DNA of 64,000 bases. Source: Octopus sinensis (Eukaryota). The stretch covers positions 9,796,001 through 9,860,000 of the forward strand of contig NC_043025.1 of NCBI RefSeq assembly GCF_006345805.1. Direction: 5' to 3'. Every line of letters begins with the position of its first letter. Position 1 is the stretch's first letter. The notes beneath the pieces are model-generated. The model did not search any database, was not told the DNA's origin, and saw only the letters and a list, made by a program, of their open reading frames with translations. Shown here one piece after another: positions 13,643 through 26,346 of this stretch. Made by a program: the position numbers and the translations under genes.

Positions 13643-14089
13643 AATTGCTTTTCTCTCACCACGATACACAGATGTTTTTGTTGTTAGTTTTTACACCTTA
13701 TTCTTCACAAAAAATTCTCCTCTCACATCTCCAGTAGCTGCAACCTTAGTCAATAATCCCTGACGCAGCTAAGTTCGTTAATCAAACTGCAAAAGCATCC
13801 CATACATATTCCAAACATCGAAGTAGAGAAACGTTGCTAATAATCCCAGACAGATGAAATATGTTACAGTAACTCTATCGTAGATTTATAAGCACAGGTT
13901 TGTATCGGCTCCACATAACGTCTTCCTAAATGATGGTAAATGACGATGATAAATCCCAGATAAAAATTCCTCTCATTCCAGTGTCATCTGGTATTCTGAA
14001 ACGATAGAAAAACAGTGTAAACAAGAGAGAGGATACTTAAAACATTGTGTAAGAAAATGGCAAATTTTACACATCTATAATAATAAAAT

Positions 14090-14520
14090 CATCATCATCG
14101 TTTAAGGTCCGTTTTCCATGCTAGCATGGGTTGGACGGTTCAACTGGCGTCTGGGAAGCCAGAAGGCTGCACCAGGCTCCAGTCTGATCTGGCAGTGTTT
14201 CTACAGCTGGATGCCCTTCCTAACGCCAACCACTCCGTGAGTGTAGTGGGTGCTTTTTACGTGCCACCTGCACAGGTGCCAGACGAGGCTGGCAAACGGC
14301 CACGAATCGGATGGTGCTTTTTACGTGCCACCAACACGGAGACTAGACGAAGCTGGCAATGGCCACGAATCCGATGGTGCTTTTTACATGCCACCGGCAT
14401 GGAGACCAGACGAAGCTGGCAACAGCCACAATCGGATGGTGCTTTTTACGTGCCACCAGCACGAGGGCCAGTTGGGGCGGCGCTGGCAACGGCCATGTTC
14501 GAATGGTTCTCTTACGGTAT
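14090..14520 (-). mobile_element. Interspersed repeat family E with internal ~58-bp tandem repeats
   Basis: catcatcgtttaa..ccatgctagcatgggttggacgg..., with repeated tcggatggtgctttttacgtgccacc; second copy at 61335-61655. Confidence 0.72.
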
Positions 14521-15815
14521 CACAGCTACAATTTCCATTGATGTTGATCGATTTCGATTATTTGTTCCAAATTTTGGTACAAGACCATCAATTTCAGGAG
14601 AGGGGGATAGTCGATTATATTAACCCCAGTGCTGAACTGGTCCCTATTTTATGAGCGAGAGGATGAATGGCATCGATGGGATTTGAACTCAACACAGGAC
14701 AAAATATTTCTGGTGCATTTTGCCTGTCTTTACAATGAAGATAAACCACACACTATCTATTTATCCGCTCAGTCGGATAGATAGATAGAATTATTTTAAA
14801 AATCTGCTGAGCAAACCGAAAAGATCCCTGTATCTTAAATGAGGGACATATTCATACAGCACAGAATGTTTTTTTTACCTCAATAGACGTCAGTGATTGG
14901 TTGAAATTGCAGAAATTGAAGAAAAAAAACCCACAAATATCTTACAAACTATAGAATTTTCTCAATAAAGCCAAGAGAAAAAGAATGTTTTACAAACACA
15001 TTCTACCAGCATACGAAGTTTAAAAGTGTTTAGTTACATGGAAGTTATTTTAAAAAACTGCTGTTCAAACCGAAAAAATCCCTGTTTCTTAAACGAGGGA
15101 CATATTCATATGGCACAGAATATTTTTTACCTCAATAGACGTCAGTGATTGGTTGAAATTGCAGAAATTGAAGAAAAAACAACAACAAATATCTTACAAA
15201 CCATAGAATTTTCTCAATAAAGCCAAGAGAAAAAGATGTTTTATAAACACATTCTACCAGTATACGAAGTTCAAAAGTGTTTAGTTACGTTGGAAATTAT
15301 TATAAAAAACTGCCGGTCAAACCGAAAAGATCCCTCTTAACTTCAACAACTATTCTAGCCAATTTTTACTCCTAAAATTGATGCAATAGTAAAAAAAAAA
15401 AAAGTGATATAATATTTGGAATGTAATAATTCCAAACTGGTAGGGAAAAAAATAACGAGAAATCAGAAGTTACTCGTTTTGCCCCGATTACTAATTTTGT
15501 CCTACCCCGACTACATGACAAGCTTTCAGTTTCCAGCAACCAAAATCACTCACAAAGACTTAGGTCGGCCCGGGACTACAGCAGAAGACATTTGCCCAAG
15601 ATGCCGAGCAGTGGGATTGAACCTGGGAACATGTGATTGGGAAGCAAACTTCTTACACAACTATACCTGCGCCCATAGAGGTGTGTGTATAAAATAAAAA
15701 ATGTGTGGTATTTCATTTTCTACAGGATTTTAAGGGAGTTCAAATATGGGACTTCGATCTATTTCCCTATGAACTAATGCAGAATATAACAGTAGTTAAT
15801 AAATTATTTGTTCAC

Positions 15816-16217
15816 AGGAGTGGCTGTGTGGTAAATAGCTCACTAACCAACCACATGGTTCCGGGTTCAGTCCCACTGCGTGGCACCTTGGGCAAGTGTC
15901 TTCTACTATAGCCTCGGGCTGACCGAAGCCTTGTGAGTGGATTTGGTAGACGGAAACTGAAAGAAGCCCGTCGTATATATGTATATATGTGTATGTGTTT
16001 GTATATGTTTATGTGTCTGTGTTTGTCCCCTTAGCATTGCTTGACAACCGATGCTGGTGTGTTTACGTCCCCGTCACTTAGGGGTTCGGCAAAAAGAGAC
16101 CGATAGAATAAGTACAGGGCTTACAAAGAATAAGTCCCGGGGTCGAGCTGCTCGATTAAAGGTGGTGCTCCAGCATGGCCGCAGTCAAATGACTGAAACA
16201 AGTAAAAGAGTAAAAGA
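15816..16217 (+). mobile_element. SINE family A copy
   Basis: Full head-to-tail match to the other copies. Confidence 0.8.
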
Positions 16218-16532
16218 GAGAGAGCCCCTGGACATCTCTGACTGAGCAGAATCTATGACGAAAGCCATTCCAACCATGCCTATTCCATTGTACCCTCTGC
16301 CACAGTATCTAGGAGCAACACTATCAAATAGTCTTAAAATTTTCAAGGCTGAAATGTGGAATTTGAGGTAAATTTAGCTACAGTTTCTGGAAGGCTTGTA
16401 AAAAGAAAAACACGTAGAGGGACTATCTCGTTGTTGTTGTTGTTTAACCCCAGGTCGGGCCTGATTGAGCACAGACTTATGATCAATGATAATTCCGCCC
16501 TTCCCACGACCACAGAATATCTAGGAGGTTTC

Positions 16533-16914
16533 GACTTGTGAACAGTGGTCCCGGTGCGCGCACCCGCGTTAAGCGAGTCGTGACTAGTCGATCCTACAAC
16601 GATTACCAAGTAAAACACAAAGGATCGACTAGTCACGACTAGCTAGCGCGGATGCGCGAGTGCGTGCACCGGGACCACTGTTCTCAAGTAGTAGTACCCT
16701 AGGATGTACTATCCAGGAGGTTCTACTTGAGAAGAGTGGTCCCGGTGCGCGCAGTCGCGCATCCGCGCTAAGCTAGTCGTGACTAGTCGATCCTACAACG
16801 ATTACCTAACAAAGTAAATAAAACACAAAAACACAAAGGATCGACTAGTCACCACTAGCTAGCTCAGATGCGCGAGTACGCGAGTGCGCGCACCGGAATC
16901 ACTGTTCTCAAGTA
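16533..16914. mobile_element. Two tandem copies of a CpG-rich foldback MITE
   Basis: TACTTGAGAAGAGTGGTCCCGGTGCGCGC...GCGCGCACCGG..CACTGTTCTCAAGTA with ~70-bp TIRs; half-copies at about 3270, 3790, 26680, 27430 and 49970. Confidence 0.75.
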
Positions 16915-17588
16915 GTAACCCATCTGGTAAGGAATATATTATCAAATATAGTCTTCAGTTTCCTAGAAGACCAAGTGAGCACGTTGATATCCCATCTGGC
17001 TGTTGTTATTTAACCCTAGGCCATGCCTGATTGAGCCGAGCTAGGATTCGAAGTTGTTCTGGGATGTTACGCCAATGATGAACGAAGAAAAAGGAAAAAA
17101 ACACATTTAAATGAAAGAAAACCAAAATACAAAACCTACTTGGTGTAAATCTACGGAGGAGGAAAGAGCTTTCTGTCGCGATGGTCACGTTTAGAGCGAT
17201 AATATAAATGGCGACTAGAGGTAAATAGAAAGCGACGAAGTGAGACGGGGGGGGGAAGGAAATATTGGATTGTCATTGGTCAGTTTAGGTCAGGTGACTA
17301 GACGAACGTTGAAGGCGCGTGGCTTGGTGCTTAGGCTGTCGGACTCTCAGTATTACGATGCGTGTTCGATTCTCGGACAGGGAGAAGCCATGTGCTTTGA
17401 AGATGGTATTTTATTTTGGCGATGCTTCGGTATATGTACCGGTGTACTTCCGGAAGTACCGGATACATTTCAAAAAGTGTTTTGTTTTTTTTATATATAA
17501 GGGGTTAGGGTTAGGATTTGGGTTAGGGTTAGGGTTTGTTTTAGGGTTAGGGTTAGGGTATGTGGCGATGCTTTGGTATATGTACACT

Positions 17589-17972
17589 GTGGAGGCGCAA
17601 TGGCCCAGTGGTTAGGGCAGCGGACTCGCGGTCATAGGATTGCGATTTCGATTCCCAGACCGGGCGTTGTGAGTGTTTATTGAGCGAAAACACCTAAAAG
17701 CTCCACGAGGCTCCGGCAGGGGATGGTGGTGATCCCTGCTGTACTCTTTCACCACTCTTTCTCCCACTCTTACTTCCTGTTTCTGTTGTACCTGTATTTC
17801 AAAGGGCCGGCCTTGTCACTCTCTGTGTCACGCTGAATATCCCCGAGAACTACGTTAAGGGTACACGTGTCTGTGGAGTGCTCAGCCACTTACACGTTAA
17901 TTTCACGAGCAGGCTGTTCCGTTGATTCGGATCAACCGGAACCCTCGTCGTCGTAACCGACGGAGTGCTTCC
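17589..17972 (+). mobile_element. tRNA-derived SINE family C
   Basis: Head GTGGAGGCGCAATGGCCCAGTGGTTAGG...TTCGATTCCC; tail ...gtaaccgacggagtgc. Confidence 0.8.
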
Positions 17973-18330
17973 ATATGTACACACGTGACTTTGTTTACAT
18001 TTCTGAAGATAACAGAAACCCCTTTCTCCCTACCCTAACCCCAATGTATAAAAAAAAACACGGCATCGCCTTTATTTTCATACGAGACCTATCACAACAT
18101 TGATTGTATGGCGTAACTTCGATATAGGTACCGGATACATTTCAAGAAAGTGTTTTTTATATATATATATATATATGGGGGGGGCGGTTAGGGCTAGGGT
18201 TAGTGTTAGGGGTGGGAGAAAAGGGTTTCTGTTATCTTCAGAAATGTAAGCAAACCCACTTACGGTACCTATACCGAAGGATCGCCGGGTGTATTTATGT
18301 AATCATTATAGCTCAACGTTTATTATTATA

Positions 18331-18717
18331 CTAGCAGTATCGCCCGGCGTTGTTCGGGTTTGTAAGGGAAATAACTAAATAAGCATTTTTAGAGAGTAAT
18401 AACCAAAAAATGCATTAAAAATGGGAAAAAAATTATGGTAAATTTTTTTTTTAATCGTTGACTCATCGTAGACATTTTTAGAGAGTTACTTCCCTTATAT
18501 AATATCGAAAAAATGCATTAAAATGGAAAAAAATTATGGTAAATTTTTTTTTAAATCGTAGACTCATCGTAGACGCGCGCTAATACCCAGAAGGGCTCGA
18601 TATGAACCACGACTATAAGATACCCGATTTTGGTTAAACTGCACCGCAAAATGTGGGAGTAGTTAGGAATCTAAATCGTAGGGGACAGACACACAACTTC
18701 ACTTTTATATATAAAGA
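18331..18717 (-). mobile_element. Non-autonomous Helitron
   Basis: On minus: A|TCTTTATATAT...cccg/cggg hairpin...CTAG|T; no target-site duplication (TSD). Confidence 0.8.
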
Positions 18718-18897
18718 TTTACACATACGCATAAATGTTTACCTACTATATGATGACATTCGTACGCTGGGTCATAGAACGGTATACTTACATAGTGTAC
18801 CCCTCTCACTGATTTTATTTCCTCATAACTTCCAGCAAAATAGATATTTTAAAATTAATTTGTTTTTACAAATATACTTCAGATGTATTGGAATTTG

Positions 18898-19297
18898 GGA
18901 TCTTTTCCGTTTGAATGGCAGTTTTTTTAAAATAATTTCTAGGTAACTAAAAAATTTTAAACTTCCTATACTGGTAGAATGTGTTTATAAAAACATCTTT
19001 TTCTCTTGGCTTTATTGAGAAAATTCTATTGTTTGTAAGATATTTGTTGTTTTTTCTTCAATTTCTGCAATTTCAACCAATCAATGACGTCTATTGAGGT
19101 AAAAAAACATTCTGTGCCGTATGAATATGTCCCTCGTTTAGAAACAGATTGGGTTTATTTACATTTCGGAAGAAAAAAAAGATCCCCTAACCCTAAAACA
19201 GATTGAAATGCAATAGATCGATTCTAGGGTCATAATTATGGGTGACAATTTCATATGACACCGCTAGAAAAAGCTGCCGTTCAAACCGAAAAGATCC
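18898..19297. mobile_element. Same GGATC-TIR MITE family
   Basis: Both TIRs present; TSD not recognisable. Further fragments at 6210-6450 and 14795-15335. Confidence 0.72.
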
Positions 19298-19589
19298 ATA
19301 AAATGGAAGCATGCAAAAATAAAAACATCATTTTCCATCTTAATGCGAAATTTGTTTCATTTTGAAAAATAAAAATCTATTTTATAGTTTATTATCATTT
19401 ACATTTTGAACCATTTACATATTTTTGAGGGCATCAACCTGTAACAAAAAAATTTAGCCATTCTGTTGTAACAATACAATCCCAACATTCTGCAGAAACA
19501 ATAATTTGACATTCTACTACCAAAACAATATAATTTTGACACTTTGCCGTAACAATAAGATTCTGACATTTTCTATAACTTATATACTC

Positions 19590-20375
19590 TTTGCTCTTTT
19601 ATTTGTTTCATTATTTTGACTGCGGCCATGCTGGAGCACCGCCTTTAGTCGAGCAACTCGACCCCGGGACTTATTCTTTGTAAGCCCAGTACTTATTCTA
19701 TCGGTCTCTTTTTGCCGAACCGCTAGGTGACGGGGACGTAAACACACCAGCATCGGTTGTCAAGCAATGCTAGGGGAACAAACACAGACATAAATATATA
19801 TATATATATAGGAGTGGCTGTGTGGTAAGTAGCTTGCATACCAACCACATGGTTCAGGGTTCAGTCCCACTGCGTGGCACCTTGGGCAAGTGTCTTCTAC
19901 TATAGCCTCGGGCCGACCAAAGCCTTGTGAGTGGATTTGGTAGACGGAAACTGAGAGAAGCCCGTCGTATATATGTATATATATATATATGTGTATGTGT
20001 TTGTATATGTTTGTGTGTCTGTGTTTGTCCCCCCCCCCAACATCGCTTGACAATCGATGCTGGTGTGTTTACATCCCCGTAACTTAGCGGTTCGGCAAAA
20101 GAAACCGATAGAATAAGTATTAGGCTTACATAAGAATAAGTCCTGGGTTTGATTTGCTCGACTAAAAGGTGGTGCTCCAGCATGGCCACAGTAAAATGAC
20201 TGAAACAAGTAACAGAATATATATATACATATATACAACAGGCTTCTTTCAGTTTCCGTCTACCAAATCCACTCGGCCCGAGGCTATAGTAGAAGACACT
20301 TGCCCAAAATGCCACGCAGTGGGACTGAACCAGGAACTATGTGGTTGGTAAGCAAGCTACTTACCACACAGCCAC
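19590..20375. mobile_element. Adjacent SINE family A copies in both orientations
   Basis: Minus tail 19590-19790, plus copy 19810-20215, minus head 20225-20375. Confidence 0.75.
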
Positions 20376-20423
20376 AGACAACTGACCTTTGGAGAAGTGT
20401 TTCTCAACCTTTTTACCCTTGTG

Positions 20424-20861
20424 GGATCTTTTCGGTTTGAATGGCAGTTTTTTAAAATAATTTCCACGTAACTAAAAAATTTTAAACTTTGTATTCTGGT
20501 AGAATGTGTTTATAAAACATCTTTTTCTCTTGGCTTTATTGAGAAAATTCTATAGTTTGTAAGATATTAGTTGGGTTTTTTTCTTCAATTTCTGCAATTT
20601 CAACCAATCAATGACGTCTATTGAGGTAAAAAAAAAAAACATTCTGTGCCGTATGAATATGTCCCTCGTTTAAGAAACAGATTGGGTTTATTTACATTTC
20701 TGAAGAAAAAAATGATATCCTTCCCCCCACCCCTAACCCTGACTCTAACCCTAACCCTAAAATAGATTGAAATGCAATAGATCGATACTAGGGTCATAAT
20801 TATGGGTGATAATTTCATATGACACCACTAGAAAAAACTGCCGTTCAAACCGAAAAGATCC
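20424..20861. mobile_element. MITE with GGATC-terminal TIRs and 8-bp TSD CCCTTGTG (Merlin-like)
   Basis: TIRs GGATCTTTTCGGTTTGAATGGCAG / CTGCCGTTCAAACCGAAAAGATCC; TSD at 20416-20423 and 20862-20869. Confidence 0.8.
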
Positions 20862-21127
20862 CCCTTGTGTAACCCCTAAAATAAATTACATTTCTCAAGG
20901 AATCTCTGCACAAAAAAAAGTTATATACCAGATCTTTCTCATATTCTTTTCATCGTAGTTCACGGGGTAGATATCTGAGTGGTTTGTGTCAGGAAGGTCA
21001 TCCACCTGTAAAACTCCTGCCAAAACAGTAACAAAAGTCTGGTGCAGGCTTCGGCCTGGCCGGCTCTTGTACTGTCCCATCCATGCTAGCATGGAAGACA
21101 GACGTTAAACGATGAAGATGATATATA

Positions 21128-22213
21128 CGCCGGGCGAAATGCATAGCCGTATTTCGTCTCCGCCGAGGTCGACTTTGCCTTTCATCCTTCCGGGGTCGAT
21201 AAATTAAGTATCAGTTATGCACTGGGGTCGATGTAATCGACTTAATACCTATGTCTGTCCTTGTTTGTCCCCTCTATGTTTAGCCTCTTGTGGGTAGTAA
21301 AGAAATAGGTATTTCGTCTGCCGCTATGTTCTGAGTTCAAATTCTGCCGAAGTCGACTTTGCCTTTCATCCTTCCGGGGTCGATAAATTAAGTACCAGTT
21401 ACGCACTGGAGTCGATGTAATCGGCTTAATCCGTTTGTCTGTCCTTGTTTGTCCCCTCTATGTTTAGCCCCTTGTGGGCAATAAAGAAATAGGTATTTCT
21501 TCTGCCGCTATGTTCTGAGTTCAAATTCTGCCGAGGTCGACTTTGCCTTTCATCCTTCCGGGGTCGATAAATTAAGTACCAGTTACGCACTGGGGTCGAT
21601 GTAATCGACTTAATCCGTTTGTCTCTCCTTGTTTGTCCCCTCTATGTTTAGCCCCTTGTGGGTAGTAAAGAAATTGGTATTTCGTCTGCCACTATGTTCT
21701 GAATTCAAATTCCGCCGAGGTCGACTTTGGCTTTCATCCTTCCGGGGTCGATAAATTAAGTACCAGTTACGCACTGGGGTCGATGTAATCGACTTAATCC
21801 GTTTGTCTCTCCTTGTTTGTCCCCTCTATGTTTAGCCCCTTGTGGGTAGTAAAGAAATAGGTATTTCGTCTGCCACTATGTTCTGAATTCAAATTCCCCC
21901 GAGGTCGACTTTGGCTTTCATCCTTCCGGGGTCGATAAATTAAGTACCAGTTACGCACTGGGGTCAATGCAATCGACTTAATCCGTTTGTCTGTCCTTGT
22001 TTGTCCCCTCTATGTTTAGCCCCTTGTTGGTAGTAAAGAAATAGGTATTTCGTCTGCCGCTATGTTCTGAGTTCAAATTCCGCCGAGGTCGACTTTGCCT
22101 TTCATCCTTCCGGGGTCGATAAATTAAGTACCAGTTACGCACTGGGGTCGATGTAATCGACTTAATCCGTTTGTCCCCTCTATGTTAAGCCCCTTGTGGG
22201 TAGAAAAGAAACA
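21128..22213 (+). repeat. Tandem array (about 6 x 186 bp) of SINE family B body
   Basis: Unit tatttcgtctgccg...gcctttcatccttccggggtcgataaattaagtaccag...agccccttgtgggtagtaaagaaatagg. Confidence 0.85.
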
Positions 22214-22342
22214 GATATATATGTAACGGCAAAAAGGGATTGGTAAACAATAATAAGATAATGTCGAAGTCAGCAGTTTTGACGCCTAAAATTTGTTGTA
22301 ACGTTGCATACTGTAGGATGTGAAAATTGTTTTAACATTGAA

Positions 22343-24628
22343 CTAGCAGTGTCGCCCGGCGTTGCTCGGATTTGTAAGGGAAATAACTATATAAGCATTT
22401 TTAGAGATGTAAAGTATAATAGCCATCTAAATATGGCTAACCACAAAGGTGGGGGTGTTACTGTAGCTTTTTACATTCTGAGATTTAATAATACATTTTT
22501 AGAGAGTTACTTCATTTATATAATAGCAAAAAAATGCATTAAAAATGGGAAAAAATGATGGTAAATTTTTTAAAAAATCGTTGACTCATCGTAGACATTT
22601 TTAGAGAGTTACTTCATTTATATAATAGCAAAAAAATGCATTAAAAATAGGAAAAAATTATGGTAAATTTTTTTTTAAATCGTTGACTCATCGTAGACAT
22701 TTTTAGAGAGTTACTTCCCTTATATAATAGCAAAAAAATGCATTAAAAATGGGAAAAAATTATGGTAATTTTTTTTTAAATCGTTGACTCATCGTAGACA
22801 TTTTTAGAGAGTTACTTCCCTTATATAATAGCAAAAAATGCATTAAAAATAGGAAAAAATGATGGTAATTTTTTTTTAAAATCGTTGACTCATCGTAGAC
22901 GCACGCTAATACCCAGAAGGACTCAATATGAATCACGACTATAAGATACCCGCTTTTGGTTAAACTGCACCGCAAAATGTGGGAGTAGTTAGGAATCTAA
23001 ATCGTAGGAGACAGCACACAACCTCACTTTTATATATAAAGACTAGCAGTATCGCCCGGCGTTGCTCGGGTTTGTAAGGGAAATAACTATATAAGCATTT
23101 TTAGAGATGTAAAGTATAATAGCCATCTCAATATGGCTAACCACAAAGGGAGGTGTTACTGTAGCTTTTTACGTTCTGAGATTTAATAATACATTTTTAG
23201 AGAGTTACTTCCCTTATATAATAGCAAAAAATGCATTAAAAATGGGAAAAAATGATGGTAAATTTTTTAAAAATCGTTGACTCTCATCGTAGACATTTTT
23301 AGAGAGTTACTTCATTTATATAATAGCAAAAAAATGCATTAAAAATAGGAAAAAATTATGGTAAATTTTTTTTTAAATCGTTGACTCATCGTAGACATTT
23401 TTAGAGAGTTACTTCCCTTATATAATAGCAAAAAATGCATTAAAAATGGGAAAAAATTATGGTAATTTTTTTTTAAATCGTTGACTCATCGTAGACATTT
23501 TTAGAGAGTTACTTCCCTTATATAATAGCAAAAAAATGCATTAAAAATAGGAAAAAATGATGGTAATTTTTTTTTAAATCGTTGACTCATCGTAGACGCA
23601 CGCTAATACCCAGAAGGACTCAATATGAATCACGACTATAAGATACCCGCTTTTGGTTACACTGCACCGCAAAATGTGGGAGTAGTTAGGAATCTAAATC
23701 GTAGGAGACAGCACACAACCTCACTTTTATATATAAAGACTAGCAGTATCGCCCGGCGTTGCTCGGGTTTGTAAGGGAAATAACTATATAAGCATTTTTA
23801 GAGATGTAAAGTATAATAGCCATCTCAATATGGCTAACCACAAAGGGAGGTGTTACTGTAGCTTTTTACGTTCTGAGATTTAATAATACATTTTTAGAGA
23901 GTTACTTCCCTTATATAATAGCAAAAAAATGCATTAAAAATGGGAAAAAATTATGGTAAATTTTTTTTTAAATCATTGACTCATCGTAGACATTTTTAGA
24001 GAGTTACTTCCCTTGTATAATAGCGAAAAAATGCATTAAAAATGGGGGAAAATGATGGTAAATTTTTTTTAAATCGTAGACTCATCGTAGACGCACGCTA
24101 ATACCCAGAAGGGCTCGATATGAATCACGACTATAAGATACCCGCTTTTGGTTACACTGCACCGCAAAATGTGGGAGTAATTAGGAATCTAAATCGTAGG
24201 ACACAGACACACAACTTGACTTTTATATATAAAGACTAGCAGTATCGCCCAGCATTGCTCGGGTTTGTAAGGGAAATAACTATATAAGCATTTTTAGAGT
24301 TATAGCCAAAAAATAGCAAAAAAATGCATTAAAAATGGAAAAAATATGATGGTAAATTTTTTTTTAAATCGTTGACTCATCGTAGACATTTTTAGAGAGT
24401 TACTTCCCTTTAAAAAAATATGCATGAAAATGGAAAAAAATTATGGTAAATTATTTTTTGTAATCGTAGACTCATCGTAGACGCACGCTAATACACAGAA
24501 GGGCTCGATATGAATCACGACTATAAGATACCCGCTTTTGGTTAAACTGCACCGCAAAATGTGGGAGTAGTTAGGAATCTAAATCGTAGGAGACAGACAG
24601 CACACAACCTCACTTTTATATATAAAGA
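22343..24628 (-). mobile_element. Head-to-tail array of four non-autonomous Helitron units
   Basis: CTAG|TC junctions at 23042/23043, 23739/23740 and 24235/24236; outer A|TC and CTAG|T ends. Confidence 0.85.
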
Positions 24629-25189
24629 TTACGTTACAATACCTTGCCTCGACGGGCAGGTTTTGATACATCCAAAAGCATGCGAAGTAAAGTTTGTGTT
24701 TGTGTCCTCTTCATTGTTTAGTAGTAATTACAGAAAGAGATAGAATAATGTTGTAAGAGAACAGAATTAGAGCTAGAGAGAATTGTAGGGTGTTGTCTCG
24801 CAGTTGCTTTCTCCCTCTGACCAAGGTTCTAGCTGGTCAGACAGACCTAGTTGAGTCGTCGCCGACTGTAAAATAAGCTGAGATGAGTGAGTGAATGCGA
24901 TCTCAATCCGTGATATGAAAGATCTTCCTGCAGGGTTGCAGCGTGTGAAATGCCTTGAAGGTGGAATGCCCGAAGTGAAATGTGCCTGGTGCTGTTGCCG
25001 TGGTTAATTGCTGAGTTAGCAAGGACGACGGTGTAACATGCTGCAGTGATGCGCGAGACAGATAATTTTCTCTGTTAATTACGTGACCAAACAGGGGTCT
25101 AACAGGGGGAAATTATGTCTAAACATGAGCGCAGAGCATGTAATCGTCCGACTTTGATGGCATGTACTGCCCTCTCACTCAATAATAAT

Positions 25190-25665
25190 AATAATAATGA
25201 TAGCAAATATTCTGCGCAATACCACAGATTTGCTTGTCAGTTGTTTGACCTTAACCAGTTGAGCATGTCCCTTAGTGGCTGACGATATGTGCATCTCTGA
25301 TCACGAGCAGAAGTAGTGGGGGAGCATAATAGCCATGTGTTGAGAGGGATTCTTTGGGGTTTGAATGATTCAGCTCTGGAAACATGGGTGGTTCTTTCAA
25401 CATCCTTAAACAACCCTTATTCAGGAACCTTTTGAGCGGGATGGGCTACTCAACCTGAAAAAAATTCTAACTGGGCCCCACCTGCAAGGTCATGCACTGT
25501 TTATCTTCATATGAGATCACCATGTCGTGCACATATGGTTGTGATGCATGTGCCTGGTGTACCCTTATCAGACAGGAAGTCATGATGGGTATACTGCGCT
25601 TCGTATATTTTACCCCAGTGCCACTTTGATGGCATGAATTGCTCTCTCACTCAATAATAATAGTA
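25190..25665 (-). mobile_element. Interspersed repeat family D
   Basis: Matches 35490-35990 (plus) and 42750-43420 (minus). Confidence 0.72.
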
Positions 25666-26020
25666 ATAATAATAATAATAATAACAGTTTCATATTTTTC
25701 CACATGGCCAGCAATTTGTCGGGAGGGGATGATTCAGTTACATCGAACTTAGTTTTCAACTGGTACTTAATTTTATCAACCCCGAAAGGATGAAAGGCAA
25801 AGTCGACCTCGGTGGAATTTGAACTCAGAACGTAACGGCAGACGAAATACCGATAAGAGATACAAATATTCAGAAAACTTAACATCGGTCGAAGGATTGC
25901 CTGGCATTTGAAGTGTCCATTGTTTTGTTTCTTTTCAATGCTATTACGTTTTTTTAAAAAATAACAAAATAAAACCAGTAAAGCACCAGACTTGATTGTG
26001 TTCCCATTATCCGACAATCC

Positions 26021-26046
26021 TATAAAAGAAGATCTGTTTATAAAAG
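26021..26046 (+). promoter_or_regulatory. Two TATAAAAG boxes upstream of vanin-like copy A
   Basis: TATAAAAG at 26021 and 26039, 100-125 bp before the ATG; both are conserved in copy B. Confidence 0.5.
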
Positions 26047-26145
26047 CATTGGTTAAATGAAAAGTCACTCGTTCACAGAGTGAAGTTGGGCTTTCACTGA
26101 AAGGACTTAAGAGATTGCAAGATCCACAACAAGCAAATTCCTAAA

Positions 26146-26346
26146 ATGAATTTCGTGTATACTATTATATTTTTCTTGCAACTCCCCGTGTTGCTGTCTG
26201 CGGAGAAAACTTTTACGGCCGCCGTTTTTGAGCCGACGATACCAAGGAGATCATCCATGGGTTTGGTTTCGCGTGACAATGCCATCGAACAAATGAAGAA
26301 TATCCTGAAAGGATACGCTGAGGTTGCTGCAACGGCTAGCAAAAAG
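26146..26346 (+). CDS. Vanin/biotinidase-like gene copy A, coding exon 1 (67 aa: signal peptide plus TFTAAVFE...ASKK)
   Basis: Hydrophobic N-terminus followed by TFTAAVFE (compare VNN1 DTFTAAVYE). Ends AAG|GTTTGT, a phase-0 donor at 26347 that joins in frame to exon 2. Confidence 0.88.

Noticed and set aside
13643-13669. Track start of the zinc-finger ORF at 13669
   Set aside because: It is a GTG; the first ATG at 13642 is the more plausible eukaryotic start.
17314-17388. tRNA-like sequence with GTTCGATTC
   Set aside because: No closed acceptor or anticodon stems; a degenerate SINE head.
21128-22213. Regular repeat arrays resembling CRISPR or a tRNA cluster
   Set aside because: Units are ~185-bp SINE bodies with no unique spacers, no cas genes and no cloverleaf; the same applies to the other arrays and the 108-bp satellite.
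24630-25150. Possible solo LTR
   Set aside because: No matching second copy, primer-binding site, polypurine tract or TSD identifiable.
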